Shown here piece after piece: positions 49,977 through 59,750 of a stretch of DNA of 64,000 nucleotides. The position numbers and the translations under genes were made by a program. Under the pieces are notes generated by a model. It was not told where the DNA came from. It ran no database searches and was given only the letters and a program-made list of their open reading frames with translations. This stretch comes from Candidatus Cloacimonadales bacterium (GTDB lineage: Bacteria; Cloacimonadota; Cloacimonadia; Cloacimonadales; JAFGVF01). The DNA lies in assembly GCA_963662585.1 (NCBI GenBank), contig OY759729.1, positions 1,920,001 to 1,984,000 on the forward strand. Reading direction: 5' to 3'. The first letter of the stretch is position 1; each line of letters opens with the position of its first letter.

Positions 49977-50978
49977 ATGAGAGAAAAAGTTTTACTTATT
50001 ATGAGTATTTTATTATGTATTAATGCTCTTATAGCAGTTCCATTCGGAACCTTAGGTAATATTGATGTCCCTGACGGATTTGTTATGCCAGCAAATCAGA
50101 TTTCTGTAAATTTTGCCTCGTACTTACGAGATGGAAATTTAAAAGCAGGAGCTAATGCTGCTGATTATGAATATAACTATGTAATCCAAGCAAAATACGG
50201 TCTCTTCGATAGAGCAGAGCTAGGCTTTGTCTATACTGGAGATGAAGTATTTTATACAAACTTTAAGTTCCAATTAGTCCAAGAATCTTTTGAATATCCT
50301 GGTATCACTTTAGGAGTAGATAATCTCTTCTCAAAAGTTGGTTCAGATGCAGTTGACTATGAAGATGAAAATTACGAAGATTGGGCTGATATACCTCAAG
50401 CTACAACTTATGAAAAGAATTCTTTCTATGTAGCTGCTACTAAATCATGGGCACTTAGAGATGTGAAAGTTCTTGGTGATATGCAATTGTATGTTACTGT
50501 TGGATTAGGTGTTAATCGCTTTGTAGGACAAAGAGATTTAGCTCAAGACTTTAATGGTTTATTTGGTACCGTTGAATATTATCCAACTGCTGTTTTCCCA
50601 AAAAACAACTTTAGTATTTTTGCTGAACAGAGTGGTCACGCAATAAACTTAGGTGCTAAATATGCTTGGAATAACTTAGCTCTCCAATATTCAGTTATAG
50701 AAATTGAAGAGTTTATTAAAGAAAACCAAGATAACCTAAAAATGGCTTTCAATATTCAATACAGTTTAACCCGTTGGGCAGAGACAAAAACTACCAAAAG
50801 AGGTGTTTTTGAAGCTAGTCCTGAAAGAGTTAGAACTCAAACACAAACTTTTGAGCAAGGTGGAAACACTGGAACAGGAAGTAGTATTCTTGACCAAATT
50901 AGAGCCTTAAGAGAAGCTGAACAGAAAAAACAAACTGAATTGAATGATCTCATTAAAGAATTAGAAGAATTAGAGTAA
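49977..50978 (+). CDS. Secreted/outer-membrane beta-barrel protein (YjbH-like) with C-terminal coiled coil
   Basis: Signal peptide, GNIDVPD, alternating amphipathic strands (YGLFDRAELG, NFKFQL, INLGAKY), helical tail; AAGGAG RBS. Confidence 0.6.
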   Translation: MREKVLLIMSILLCINALIAVPFGTLGNIDVPDGFVMPANQISVNFASYLRDGNLKAGANAADYEYNYVIQAKYGLFDRAELGFVYTGDEVFYTNFKFQLVQESFEYPGITLGVDNLFSKVGSDAVDYEDENYEDWADIPQATTYEKNSFYVAATKSWALRDVKVLGDMQLYVTVGLGVNRFVGQRDLAQDFNGLFGTVEYYPTAVFPKNNFSIFAEQSGHAINLGAKYAWNNLALQYSVIEIEEFIKENQDNLKMAFNIQYSLTRWAETKTTKRGVFEASPERVRTQTQTFEQGGNTGTGSSILDQIRALREAEQKKQTELNDLIKELEELE

Positions 50979-51012
50979 ATCAATAATCTTTAGAATTTGA
51001 TAAGTAGGTAAT

Positions 51013-54000
51013 ATGTGTTTTAAGAAGATATATATAATTCTTCTTCTTATAGCCATTTCAACTCTACCTCTATATTCTCAAGCTGGAACTACTAATGGTA
51101 GTGAGAGTACAGACTTAGATGAGATGAAAAGAGCTATTGAGAATCAGAGAATTACTCAAGTAAATGAATTAACATCGCAGAATAAACTAGCTGAGATTGA
51201 CAGTTTGTTCTCCTCAGATGAAGAAGCATATTTTACTCTCGTTAAAGAGAATGATGTCCAATATGCAAGCTTTATCAGAGAGATGATGTTCAAAGCTTAT
51301 AGAAATGTTTCTAGTTTGCAAGATGATCTATTATTCATAGATTGTAAAAAAGCAATCTATGCCAAAGATTGGGATATGACATCTTTAAAGGCAAATGATT
51401 TGATCAGGAGATATCCTAATAGTAATAGAAAAGATATCACTATTAGATATTGGAAGCTAGCTTTATTTAAATCTGGTAAAGATCAAGAATTTGTAAATTT
51501 GGTAGAGCAATATCCAGAATTTGATAGTGCGTCTCAAAAATTCCAATATGGACAGTCATTATATAATATTGGTAGAATTGATGATTCTCAAAAATATATG
51601 GAGGAAGCGACTACTGATAGTAATTATGCTCTTCGAGCTACTGCTACACTTGGTTTAATAGCCTTAGCAAAAGGAAATGACGAAGAAGCTGCTTTAATCT
51701 TTGACTTCTTAGAACAGAATTTTACCGTAGATACTCCATACTATGACTTTGTCCTTCTTTCCAAAGCAAGATTATTCTCTCACTTTGGAGTTCCTGAAAC
51801 CGCAATCACATATTATCAAGCATATTCTCAAATGAATGACGATGCAATAGATGAAGTAACTTACGAAATAGCCTTAACTCATAGAAAAGCTGGAAATTTA
51901 GAAAAAGCTAAAAGATATTTTGAATATCTCTTAGGTTCTAAGTTTGCAGATGAATATTATGTTCAAACTCTTTATAACTTAGTGCTTATTGACCAAGAAA
52001 CTAATGAAGGGCAATCAGCTAGCCAGCTAATGGCTGATTACCAATCTCGCGTAGATGACTATTTTGATAACCTACTGCAAAATAGAAATCTTATGAATGA
52101 AGTTAAAACCTTAAGAAACAACTTCTTAATGGAGAATGATGATTCAAGAAAAAATATTCTTTTAGAACAAATCAGGGCTAAAGAAGAACAAATATTAGTT
52201 AATCAAGCTAATTTAGAAGAAAAAATATCTTTCTTAGATCCAAAGAGTGTTCAGTTAATCAAAAGCCTTGAATTAAGCTTTATTGAAAGAACTGAAGCCT
52301 ATTTTGTAGAATTAGACTTAATAGATAAATATCGCAATAGACCAAAAGATCAACTTATTGCTATTACTGATAGAGATAGAAATAGTAAAGAAGAAGTGTA
52401 TCTTTTAGATATCACTGGAGATTTACTTGAAGATATTCCTAATGTTAACGATGATCAGTTTTTAAGAGCTTATTGGTATGCAAATCAAATTTACTTAAAA
52501 AAGAAATACATCGTAAACTTATCAAGTTTTGTTGAAAAAACAAAATCTAACCCACAAAAGAATGCTGAGTTAAGAAAGCTATTAAATGATGAGCAAGAAA
52601 ATCTCGATGAAATTCAAGTAAAAGCTAAATTTGATCTTGCTGAATTTCCTAATTTAGAAGAAAAACAAGAATTAGCTGAACAAAAAGTTGAAGAGTTCTT
52701 AGCTCAAGAAAATAAGTTAGAGAAACAGAGACAAAAAGTTATCGATACTTACTATGAAGTTGTTGCTGATAAAAATCAAAAAAGAGTAGTTGATAAATTC
52801 AAAGATTTAGATAAAAATATTAGTGTTTATGCTAATTCTTTTAGTAAGTTTAACAATATAAAGAATGATCAACAACTTTATGTTGATTATATTGCTCTTG
52901 ATTTAGAATTTAGAAAAGTTAGAGATAGTTATAATTCAAGAAAGAATCAGTTAGATGAAGAAGGAAATGCTCTTTCTGAAGCTGAATTAAATACCTTTAC
53001 AGAACAACAAGAAAATTTGTATAGAAGAATCAATAATTTTGTTTTCCGTAATAATAATTTTGAATATAATTATCAGTTATATTTCAATTTGGCTGAAATT
53101 TCTAACTTTATATATAGTAATAATTATACTTTGATTTACAATCATTACCAAAAAGTTCTAGAATTAAACCCTGACTTCCCTCAAAAAGATGTTGTTCAAT
53201 ACAATCTTGCCTACTATAAAAATAGAATCCTAGATTTAGAAATAGCTAGCTTAAGAGAAGAGAAGATGAAAGACAGGAATTATTTCTATAATCCAAGACC
53301 TATTGAAGTTATAAAGACTACAGAAAGATACAGTGAAGTGATTAAGAATTACCTTGATTTAGGTAAAAATATGAACAGCAAATATCAAGTTGAATCACTA
53401 CTTCGTTTGGCTGAATTATATTATGATATTGCTGTTGATGCTGAAGATACAGAAAAGTATATACAATATTCAATAAAGTTATATAATCAAATCTATGTTC
53501 TTGGTAACCAAGATGAAAAATATGAAGCTCTTTTCCAAAGAGCATGGCACAAAATGGCTATCAATAAATACTTTGAAGCAATAAATGATTTAGAACTGCT
53601 ACTTTCTAACAAAGATATCTTCAATGAGGATCAAAGAGATAAATATCGCAATGCAGATGAAATTATTGCTTATTCTTTGGATGCTATTGATAATCTAGAT
53701 GGACAAGAGATTAAATCTTACGATTTTGTGGCAAATTCGCTCTATCAGAAATTTGATGAAGAGACTGCTAACACTGTTTTCCATAAGGTTCTAAATAAAA
53801 AGAGAACTACTGATGATTACGAAGTTATTATTAAGCTTTATGATGCTCAAACAAAGATAGACCCTTATAAGATAACTAATCCTCTCTATAGTGATTCAAT
53901 AATTGTTACTTTAAGTTATTATGGCGTAGAGCTAGGAGATTCTTTATCTATCAGAGGTGAAAGAGAATATCGCAAAGCTGTAGAAAAATATGGTTATGGT

Positions 54001-57000
54001 TCAGATTGGTATGAATATAATAAAAACCAAGATTTAGCTCCTTATGTTAAAGTTGTACAAACTGGTTTAGATGATTTCATTATGCCAGATTTATACTCTG
54101 AAATACAAAGTAATCCAACATTAGAGAACATAAATAGATTCTCTGAAGCTACAGAAAGGTATGCTAGTTATGTAGGATTTGACGAAGAAAAAAGAGTTGA
54201 AAGGTTAAAGCTATATGATACTAACCGGATTAGTACTATAGATAAATATGTACGATTAAACCCTGATACTACTTCCTATAGTATGGGTATTAATGAAATT
54301 TATGGATTTATTGAGAGAAATCCTAATACTGAAAAAAGAAGAGATTTAGAACAGAATGCCTATAATTGGGCTTCTAATATTATCGTAATCACTGATACTA
54401 CTTCTTTCGATTCCTTACAATATACAGAAGAAGATATTGAAAATCTCAAGAATGAAAGAAGAACTAATTATATAAACATAGCTAATAGGTATTATAACTA
54501 CCTGGTAGAGTCTGATATCCCTAACAAAGATGATACAATACATAGTTTGCTCTTTTATAGGGGTTTGACAAAATATAAAATGGGTGATAATGAGGGAGCT
54601 AAAGAAGACTTCTTAGCTTGTGACGATCTAAATATTTCAGATGAATTTAAAGAAGTAATTTTTAGAAACCTCGCAGAAATATATAAAGCAAATGGTAACC
54701 TTGATACCTCCATTGAATATTATGCTAAAGCCCAAGAGTTCGTGGATGCAGAGATGAAGTTAGAATATGAAAAAGAGATTTATAGTGCTAGAACAATTAA
54801 GTATAATAAATTATATATTTCAGAAAATCAAGAAGATAAGATTAAGGCTGCCCAAGAAACAGATATAATGTTGAAGTCTAATATCATAAGTGACCAAGAG
54901 AAGGAAGCACTTCGCAAAAACGCTATCGCTCTTTATGCTGCTGGTGGAGATTATGACACTGCAATCGCTAGATTGATTGAAGAGGGTGATAAGAAAACAG
55001 GAATTGATGACGCTTGGAAAAATTATAGTGCTGCTTTTGCAATCGCTGACTCATTAGGAAATACTGCGAAAGCTTCCGAAATAGAAGATATTTTTATGAC
55101 TAGATTCCCAAATGATTCTCAGACATTTAAAATCTTACTTACCAGACTAGATGCGGTTCAAGATTCAACAAAATCTACTTATAATCCAATCCTAGCTTCA
55201 GAAAAGCTGATTGAAATTTACGAGAGAGCAACAAAACCTGGCGATAAATTAGATATATCTTCTCTTAATAAAACACCAGAAGATTACTACTTTCAAGCAA
55301 TTATAATTAAAACATCAGTTCTCTCTAAGGAAGAACAGGTTAAAGAATGGATAGCTTTTAATAATAAATTCCCTGATTATGAAAGAATTGCCATTTTAGG
55401 AACTATATGTCAGCTCTATGAAGAACTTGGTATGGATGAAGAGTATTTGGATTACATCAAGATTCTCTATGCAACAGATAATACTAACTATAGATATCCT
55501 AAATATGCTATTGATAATTTAATGAAAATTGATGAAAACATTGTTAAAGCTTACCGAAAGAAGAATTGGGCATCAATGCTATCTTACATTGAAGAATATA
55601 AAGCTACTGCTCAAGTATTCACTAATAATGGTATTCCTGCAGAAAGTATTGCTATACCTACATCACTGACTAGATATGACAACTTTACTAATGATTATGA
55701 AAGAGAACAAGAGAAAAAAGCTCTTCTTGCTGAGCTTGATAAAAAGTTCAATTCTTTCATGGAGTTCATAACTGTTCCAGCAGATGCAGATGATAGGATT
55801 AAAGTTAATTCAGCTACTACCTGGAATGGTAATCTTTACGGAGAAAATAAGAGAATAAATAATTTTGATAAGTTAGCTAATAAACAATTTGAGCTAATAG
55901 ATAGTGATGTTGAGAAGGTTAATAATAGCGACTTGCTTAATGCAGATGAGATAAGAGATCAAGTTTACTTATTAGATTTTGCAAAATTTAAAATAGCTCA
56001 ATATTCTGGAGATTTGATTTTTAAACAAATTACCAAATATTTAGATATGCCGGAAGGTCAATATAATGCTTATCAGAATACAATTTATGCTAGAGAAGAT
56101 TTAAGTTTTGAGGAACAAGATGACATCTTAAATAAATATGCTTATGATATTAAAGCTACTAGGGAAAATTATGTTTTTAACTATGACACTATTAGTATCG
56201 GTTATGCAAAAGTTATTTATGAAGCATATATAAATGGTAAAACTACTCCTCAACCTCGTAGTGATGAGGTTATGACTTTCTTAGCCAAGGTTGGAGCTTC
56301 AGAGGCTGTGGCAAAAGATGAAAAAAATGTTGCTTTTGATTCGTCTTGGAGAAGAGATTTCTCAGCTATTACTGAAAGGGTAATCAATGATGGATTCAGA
56401 GACTTCATGGTCTATTCAATACCTGGTGGTGATTCATTAATTTTAGAGACAACTATAAATTGTCCTATATCACCACTTGAAGCAAGAATTAGATTCGTTG
56501 ATGAAGGACAATTTTTCTTAAACAAAGATATCGATATGAAGATTAAAATTAATGATAAAGAGTTAAATTATCAAGATACATATATGGTTGATGGCGTTAT
56601 TGATGATAGTTTGTCTATATTCCCTTATTTATATAGGGGCTTAGTAAATGATAACAACCTATTATCATTAAACTACCAGAAGGGTAATAATAAACTTTCA
56701 ATAACAGTTGTGAATAAGTCTTATGCTAATACTAATATTGGTTTCAATTTTGCAGTTATTTATGACCAAGAGAAATTGTTTATTCATAATAACTCTATAA
56801 TGGTTTCAGTTGTTACTGATAATACCTGGTTGGGAGCTGATTCTCTTCAAGTATTAGATATTACAGATCCTAATTGGAATGCTGTAAGTTATGGTAATAT
56901 TAAAGAGGATTATTATCAATTAGATGCCTTCAAAAATTCAATGGCTATTCCAGTTTGGTATGAGAATCTTGAAACTGTTACTAATGACATTGCTGAGTTA

Positions 57001-57438
57001 ACTGACTCCTTAACTAATGTTCTTGCTGAAGTAACTCTTGATAGTTTAAATTTGAGTGATAGTCTAAAAATCACAGTTAATGAGTTTGGTGATACTTTAT
57101 TTGCAGTAAATGAAGATTCTATAACTGTTGTAGAAAATGAACCTATTGATGAACCTGTAGTGAAATATTTCATAAAAGAATTTGATATTTCAGGTAAGGT
57201 TATTGAAAGTATGTTGTATTTCTTAGCAGATGAATCAGCAAACATATTCCTTAATGGAGAGCAAATAGGTTATGATGAGTATTACTATTTTGCTCCACCA
57301 GATGCCCCTTATCTTGATATTAGTCCTGACTATTTTGTTCAAGGTAAAAATGTTTTAATTTTCGAAGTCTTAAGTCCAACCAAGAAAAATGGCTTGCTTA
57401 TTGACTTACAAGTAAGAACTTTGAATGAGAGGAGATAG
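51013..57438 (+). CDS. Giant secreted TPR/coiled-coil protein (GltD/AgmU-like core) with C-terminal beta-sandwich
   Basis: Signal peptide; TPR motifs PDFPQKDVVQYNLAY, SKYQVESLLRLAELYYD, EALFQRAW; C-terminal YFIKEF...ADESANIFLNG...GKNVLIFEV. Confidence 0.7.
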   Translation: MCFKKIYIILLLIAISTLPLYSQAGTTNGSESTDLDEMKRAIENQRITQVNELTSQNKLAEIDSLFSSDEEAYFTLVKENDVQYASFIREMMFKAYRNVSSLQDDLLFIDCKKAIYAKDWDMTSLKANDLIRRYPNSNRKDITIRYWKLALFKSGKDQEFVNLVEQYPEFDSASQKFQYGQSLYNIGRIDDSQKYMEEATTDSNYALRATATLGLIALAKGNDEEAALIFDFLEQNFTVDTPYYDFVLLSKARLFSHFGVPETAITYYQAYSQMNDDAIDEVTYEIALTHRKAGNLEKAKRYFEYLLGSKFADEYYVQTLYNLVLIDQETNEGQSASQLMADYQSRVDDYFDNLLQNRNLMNEVKTLRNNFLMENDDSRKNILLEQIRAKEEQILVNQANLEEKISFLDPKSVQLIKSLELSFIERTEAYFVELDLIDKYRNRPKDQLIAITDRDRNSKEEVYLLDITGDLLEDIPNVNDDQFLRAYWYANQIYLKKKYIVNLSSFVEKTKSNPQKNAELRKLLNDEQENLDEIQVKAKFDLAEFPNLEEKQELAEQKVEEFLAQENKLEKQRQKVIDTYYEVVADKNQKRVVDKFKDLDKNISVYANSFSKFNNIKNDQQLYVDYIALDLEFRKVRDSYNSRKNQLDEEGNALSEAELNTFTEQQENLYRRINNFVFRNNNFEYNYQLYFNLAEISNFIYSNNYTLIYNHYQKVLELNPDFPQKDVVQYNLAYYKNRILDLEIASLREEKMKDRNYFYNPRPIEVIKTTERYSEVIKNYLDLGKNMNSKYQVESLLRLAELYYDIAVDAEDTEKYIQYSIKLYNQIYVLGNQDEKYEALFQRAWHKMAINKYFEAINDLELLLSNKDIFNEDQRDKYRNADEIIAYSLDAIDNLDGQEIKSYDFVANSLYQKFDEETANTVFHKVLNKKRTTDDYEVIIKLYDAQTKIDPYKITNPLYSDSIIVTLSYYGVELGDSLSIRGEREYRKAVEKYGYGSDWYEYNKNQDLAPYVKVVQTGLDDFIMPDLYSEIQSNPTLENINRFSEATERYASYVGFDEEKRVERLKLYDTNRISTIDKYVRLNPDTTSYSMGINEIYGFIERNPNTEKRRDLEQNAYNWASNIIVITDTTSFDSLQYTEEDIENLKNERRTNYINIANRYYNYLVESDIPNKDDTIHSLLFYRGLTKYKMGDNEGAKEDFLACDDLNISDEFKEVIFRNLAEIYKANGNLDTSIEYYAKAQEFVDAEMKLEYEKEIYSARTIKYNKLYISENQEDKIKAAQETDIMLKSNIISDQEKEALRKNAIALYAAGGDYDTAIARLIEEGDKKTGIDDAWKNYSAAFAIADSLGNTAKASEIEDIFMTRFPNDSQTFKILLTRLDAVQDSTKSTYNPILASEKLIEIYERATKPGDKLDISSLNKTPEDYYFQAIIIKTSVLSKEEQVKEWIAFNNKFPDYERIAILGTICQLYEELGMDEEYLDYIKILYATDNTNYRYPKYAIDNLMKIDENIVKAYRKKNWASMLSYIEEYKATAQVFTNNGIPAESIAIPTSLTRYDNFTNDYEREQEKKALLAELDKKFNSFMEFITVPADADDRIKVNSATTWNGNLYGENKRINNFDKLANKQFELIDSDVEKVNNSDLLNADEIRDQVYLLDFAKFKIAQYSGDLIFKQITKYLDMPEGQYNAYQNTIYAREDLSFEEQDDILNKYAYDIKATRENYVFNYDTISIGYAKVIYEAYINGKTTPQPRSDEVMTFLAKVGASEAVAKDEKNVAFDSSWRRDFSAITERVINDGFRDFMVYSIPGGDSLILETTINCPISPLEARIRFVDEGQFFLNKDIDMKIKINDKELNYQDTYMVDGVIDDSLSIFPYLYRGLVNDNNLLSLNYQKGNNKLSITVVNKSYANTNIGFNFAVIYDQEKLFIHNNSIMVSVVTDNTWLGADSLQVLDITDPNWNAVSYGNIKEDYYQLDAFKNSMAIPVWYENLETVTNDIAELTDSLTNVLAEVTLDSLNLSDSLKITVNEFGDTLFAVNEDSITVVENEPIDEPVVKYFIKEFDISGKVIESMLYFLADESANIFLNGEQIGYDEYYYFAPPDAPYLDISPDYFVQGKNVLIFEVLSPTKKNGLLIDLQVRTLNERR

Positions 57439-57439
57439 T

Positions 57440-57718
57440 ATGAAAAAGTTGTTGTTGATCCTTTTAATGATAGTTTTTTCTTCAATTAATCTTTGCTATT
57501 CACAAGATAATCAAGATAATGAAGATTATCAAATATATGAAAGCAATGAAGAAATTGAATATATTACTGATGAAATTGTTATGCAACAGGTCCAAAGATT
57601 TGGATCTGGCTTACCTGAAAATGAAATTACCAGAAGTCGAATAAGCACCGATGAAGAGTTTATTTTTAAAACCTACATTATGGAAAAGCTACTTAAATCA
57701 AATAGAATTTTATATTAA
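57440..57718 (+). CDS. Small secreted protein (GltF/CglF-like by position)
   Basis: GGAG RBS, signal peptide MKKLLLILL, acidic body. Confidence 0.6.
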   Translation: MKKLLLILLMIVFSSINLCYSQDNQDNEDYQIYESNEEIEYITDEIVMQQVQRFGSGLPENEITRSRISTDEEFIFKTYIMEKLLKSNRILY

Positions 57719-57734
57719 TAAATTAGGAGATTGT

Positions 57735-58559
57735 ATGAAAAAGAATGTATTATTAGTTATCTTGCTTTTAATTGTTAGTTTTGGGTTTTTATATTCCCAA
57801 GGGAATGATGCAAATGCTAATGCAGCAGGACAAAATGTTGTTGCACAGGATAATGTAGATCAACCAACAGAAGCTTCAGAAACTGAAGAAGATGGAGATT
57901 GGATCTCAAAATTAGGACCAACAAACCTTATAAGAGTTTTTAAAGAATCAGGTGTATTTGCTTGGGTGATTTTAGGAGTATTCTTAGTATCTGTTTTTTA
58001 TGCTATAATTCGTTTTTATCAATTAATGGTTAAAGAAAAGATTGATAGTAACAAATTTCATCTTAAAATTAAAGGTTTAGTAAAATCAGGAAGCATTAAA
58101 GAAGCTATATCTGCAGCTGAATTAGTTCAAAGAACTACAATGGGGCAGATATACAGAATAGGTCTCTTAGCTTATAGAGACGCTAAAAATTCTGGTAAAA
58201 CTGGTGATAGTTTAAAGGAAGAAGTTCAAAACGCATTTAATGAAGCTTCTTACCAAACAATTCCTGAAATCGATAGAGGACTTCATTGGTTTGACCTTTT
58301 AGCACAATCTTCAACTTACCTTGGACTTCTTGGTACAATCATGGGTCTTATTGCTGCTTTCTCTGGTATTTCAGATACTACTGTTCTTATGGGTGGTATT
58401 AAGCAAGCTATGGGTACTACTGCTCTTGGTCTTATTGGTGCGATTTTTATTCAATTTATTAAAGGTGGATTAAGTAGTAGAGCTGAAAAAATCATTAATG
58501 ATTTAGATGCAAATAGTGTCAAAATAATGAATGTGATTAATAACCAAACACAGGACTAA
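57735..58559 (+). CDS. MotA/TolQ/ExbB proton-channel protein (AglR-like)
   Basis: STYLGLLGTIMGLIAAF...GIKQAMGTTALGL; start ATG 57735 after AGGAG. Confidence 0.92.
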   Translation: MKKNVLLVILLLIVSFGFLYSQGNDANANAAGQNVVAQDNVDQPTEASETEEDGDWISKLGPTNLIRVFKESGVFAWVILGVFLVSVFYAIIRFYQLMVKEKIDSNKFHLKIKGLVKSGSIKEAISAAELVQRTTMGQIYRIGLLAYRDAKNSGKTGDSLKEEVQNAFNEASYQTIPEIDRGLHWFDLLAQSSTYLGLLGTIMGLIAAFSGISDTTVLMGGIKQAMGTTALGLIGAIFIQFIKGGLSSRAEKIINDLDANSVKIMNVINNQTQD

Positions 58560-58563
58560 TATC

Positions 58564-59139
58564 ATGAGAATGAATCCTGCTGTTGGAAAGAAAAACAAAA
58601 TTTACAGTCCTTCACAGGGGAGAAATGCAAGAAAAGATTCTGGTCATCAAGAAGTAGATTTAGTACCAATTATGAATTTATTTGTTACTTTAATTCCTAT
58701 GCTTCTTAGTATGGTGGTGTTAGTTTCAATTGCCTATATTTCTTTAGACTTAACAGACCCTAATGCTTCTGGAGCTGGAGGTTCTTCTAAAGATAAGAAA
58801 GAAGAAAAAGCAAAAGAACCAAAGATTAAGAAATTGGAGTTAGTAATTAATGTAGATGAACAAGGCGAAGTTTTTGTCTTTAACAAAAACGGAGAATTGG
58901 ATACTAAACAAGATCCTATCTTAGCATCTAATTTCAATGAATTATCTAAAGCACTAGAAAGATATAGATCAGATATGCTAGAGGATAAATATGGTAACAC
59001 TTCACTATCTGAAGATGATGATAAATCGTTATCTATAATTATTGTCCCTAAGGATTATGTAAAATTTGGGGTTTTTGTAAAAACCATGGACCTGTGTAAA
59101 AAAATGAAATTTTCTGATATAATGATTGGTGAAATTTAA
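58564..59139 (+). CDS. ExbD/TolR family protein (AglQ-like)
   Basis: EVDLVPIMNLFVTLIPMLL single TM; C-terminal IIIVP...F..FVKTMD. Confidence 0.85.
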   Translation: MRMNPAVGKKNKIYSPSQGRNARKDSGHQEVDLVPIMNLFVTLIPMLLSMVVLVSIAYISLDLTDPNASGAGGSSKDKKEEKAKEPKIKKLELVINVDEQGEVFVFNKNGELDTKQDPILASNFNELSKALERYRSDMLEDKYGNTSLSEDDDKSLSIIIVPKDYVKFGVFVKTMDLCKKMKFSDIMIGEI

Positions 59140-59153
59140 TAAGGAAGTAAACT

Positions 59154-59750
59154 ATGAGCCGAGTAGCACGAAGAGTTAATAAAACGACGCAGATGAGTAT
59201 TACTTCTTTAATAGATATTTTGACTATTTTGCTATTATTCGTGATGGTGAATGTCTCCTCTGACCCAGATATGGTTCCGGAAGGCATTGAACTTCAAGAA
59301 GCCCTTTTTAACGAACAAATAGCTGAAAATAGTATAGTTATATCTCTTAATGTAAGCTATACGGGAAGAGATTCAGGGGTAATTACCTATCAAAGTGAAA
59401 ACTCACCTGAACAGATACCAATCGCACGATTGGAAGATATAAATAACACAACAAGTGAAATTATGACTGCTAAGACTTACGCATTGGATGCCACTCTTCA
59501 CTCGATTTTGGGTGATAATATTGGTGATCAGAAAATCGTGGTGAGAGTTAAAGCACACAGAAACACTCCATTTAAATATGTAAATACAATAAAGTCTATG
59601 TTAATTGACATCTGGAATGATCCAAAATCATTGGTATCCACTAGAGTAAAATCAAAAGAGTTTAAATTATATTTTGCTACTCATTTTGCCAAGAAAGAGT
59701 CAGATGATTATTATAGACTTCTTACCTCATATGGTTTAGGAGGTTTATAA
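59154..59750 (+). CDS. ExbD/TolR family protein (AglS-like)
   Basis: MSITSLIDILTILLLFVMVNVS; VKAHRNTPFKYV. Confidence 0.85.
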   Translation: MSRVARRVNKTTQMSITSLIDILTILLLFVMVNVSSDPDMVPEGIELQEALFNEQIAENSIVISLNVSYTGRDSGVITYQSENSPEQIPIARLEDINNTTSEIMTAKTYALDATLHSILGDNIGDQKIVVRVKAHRNTPFKYVNTIKSMLIDIWNDPKSLVSTRVKSKEFKLYFATHFAKKESDDYYRLLTSYGLGGL

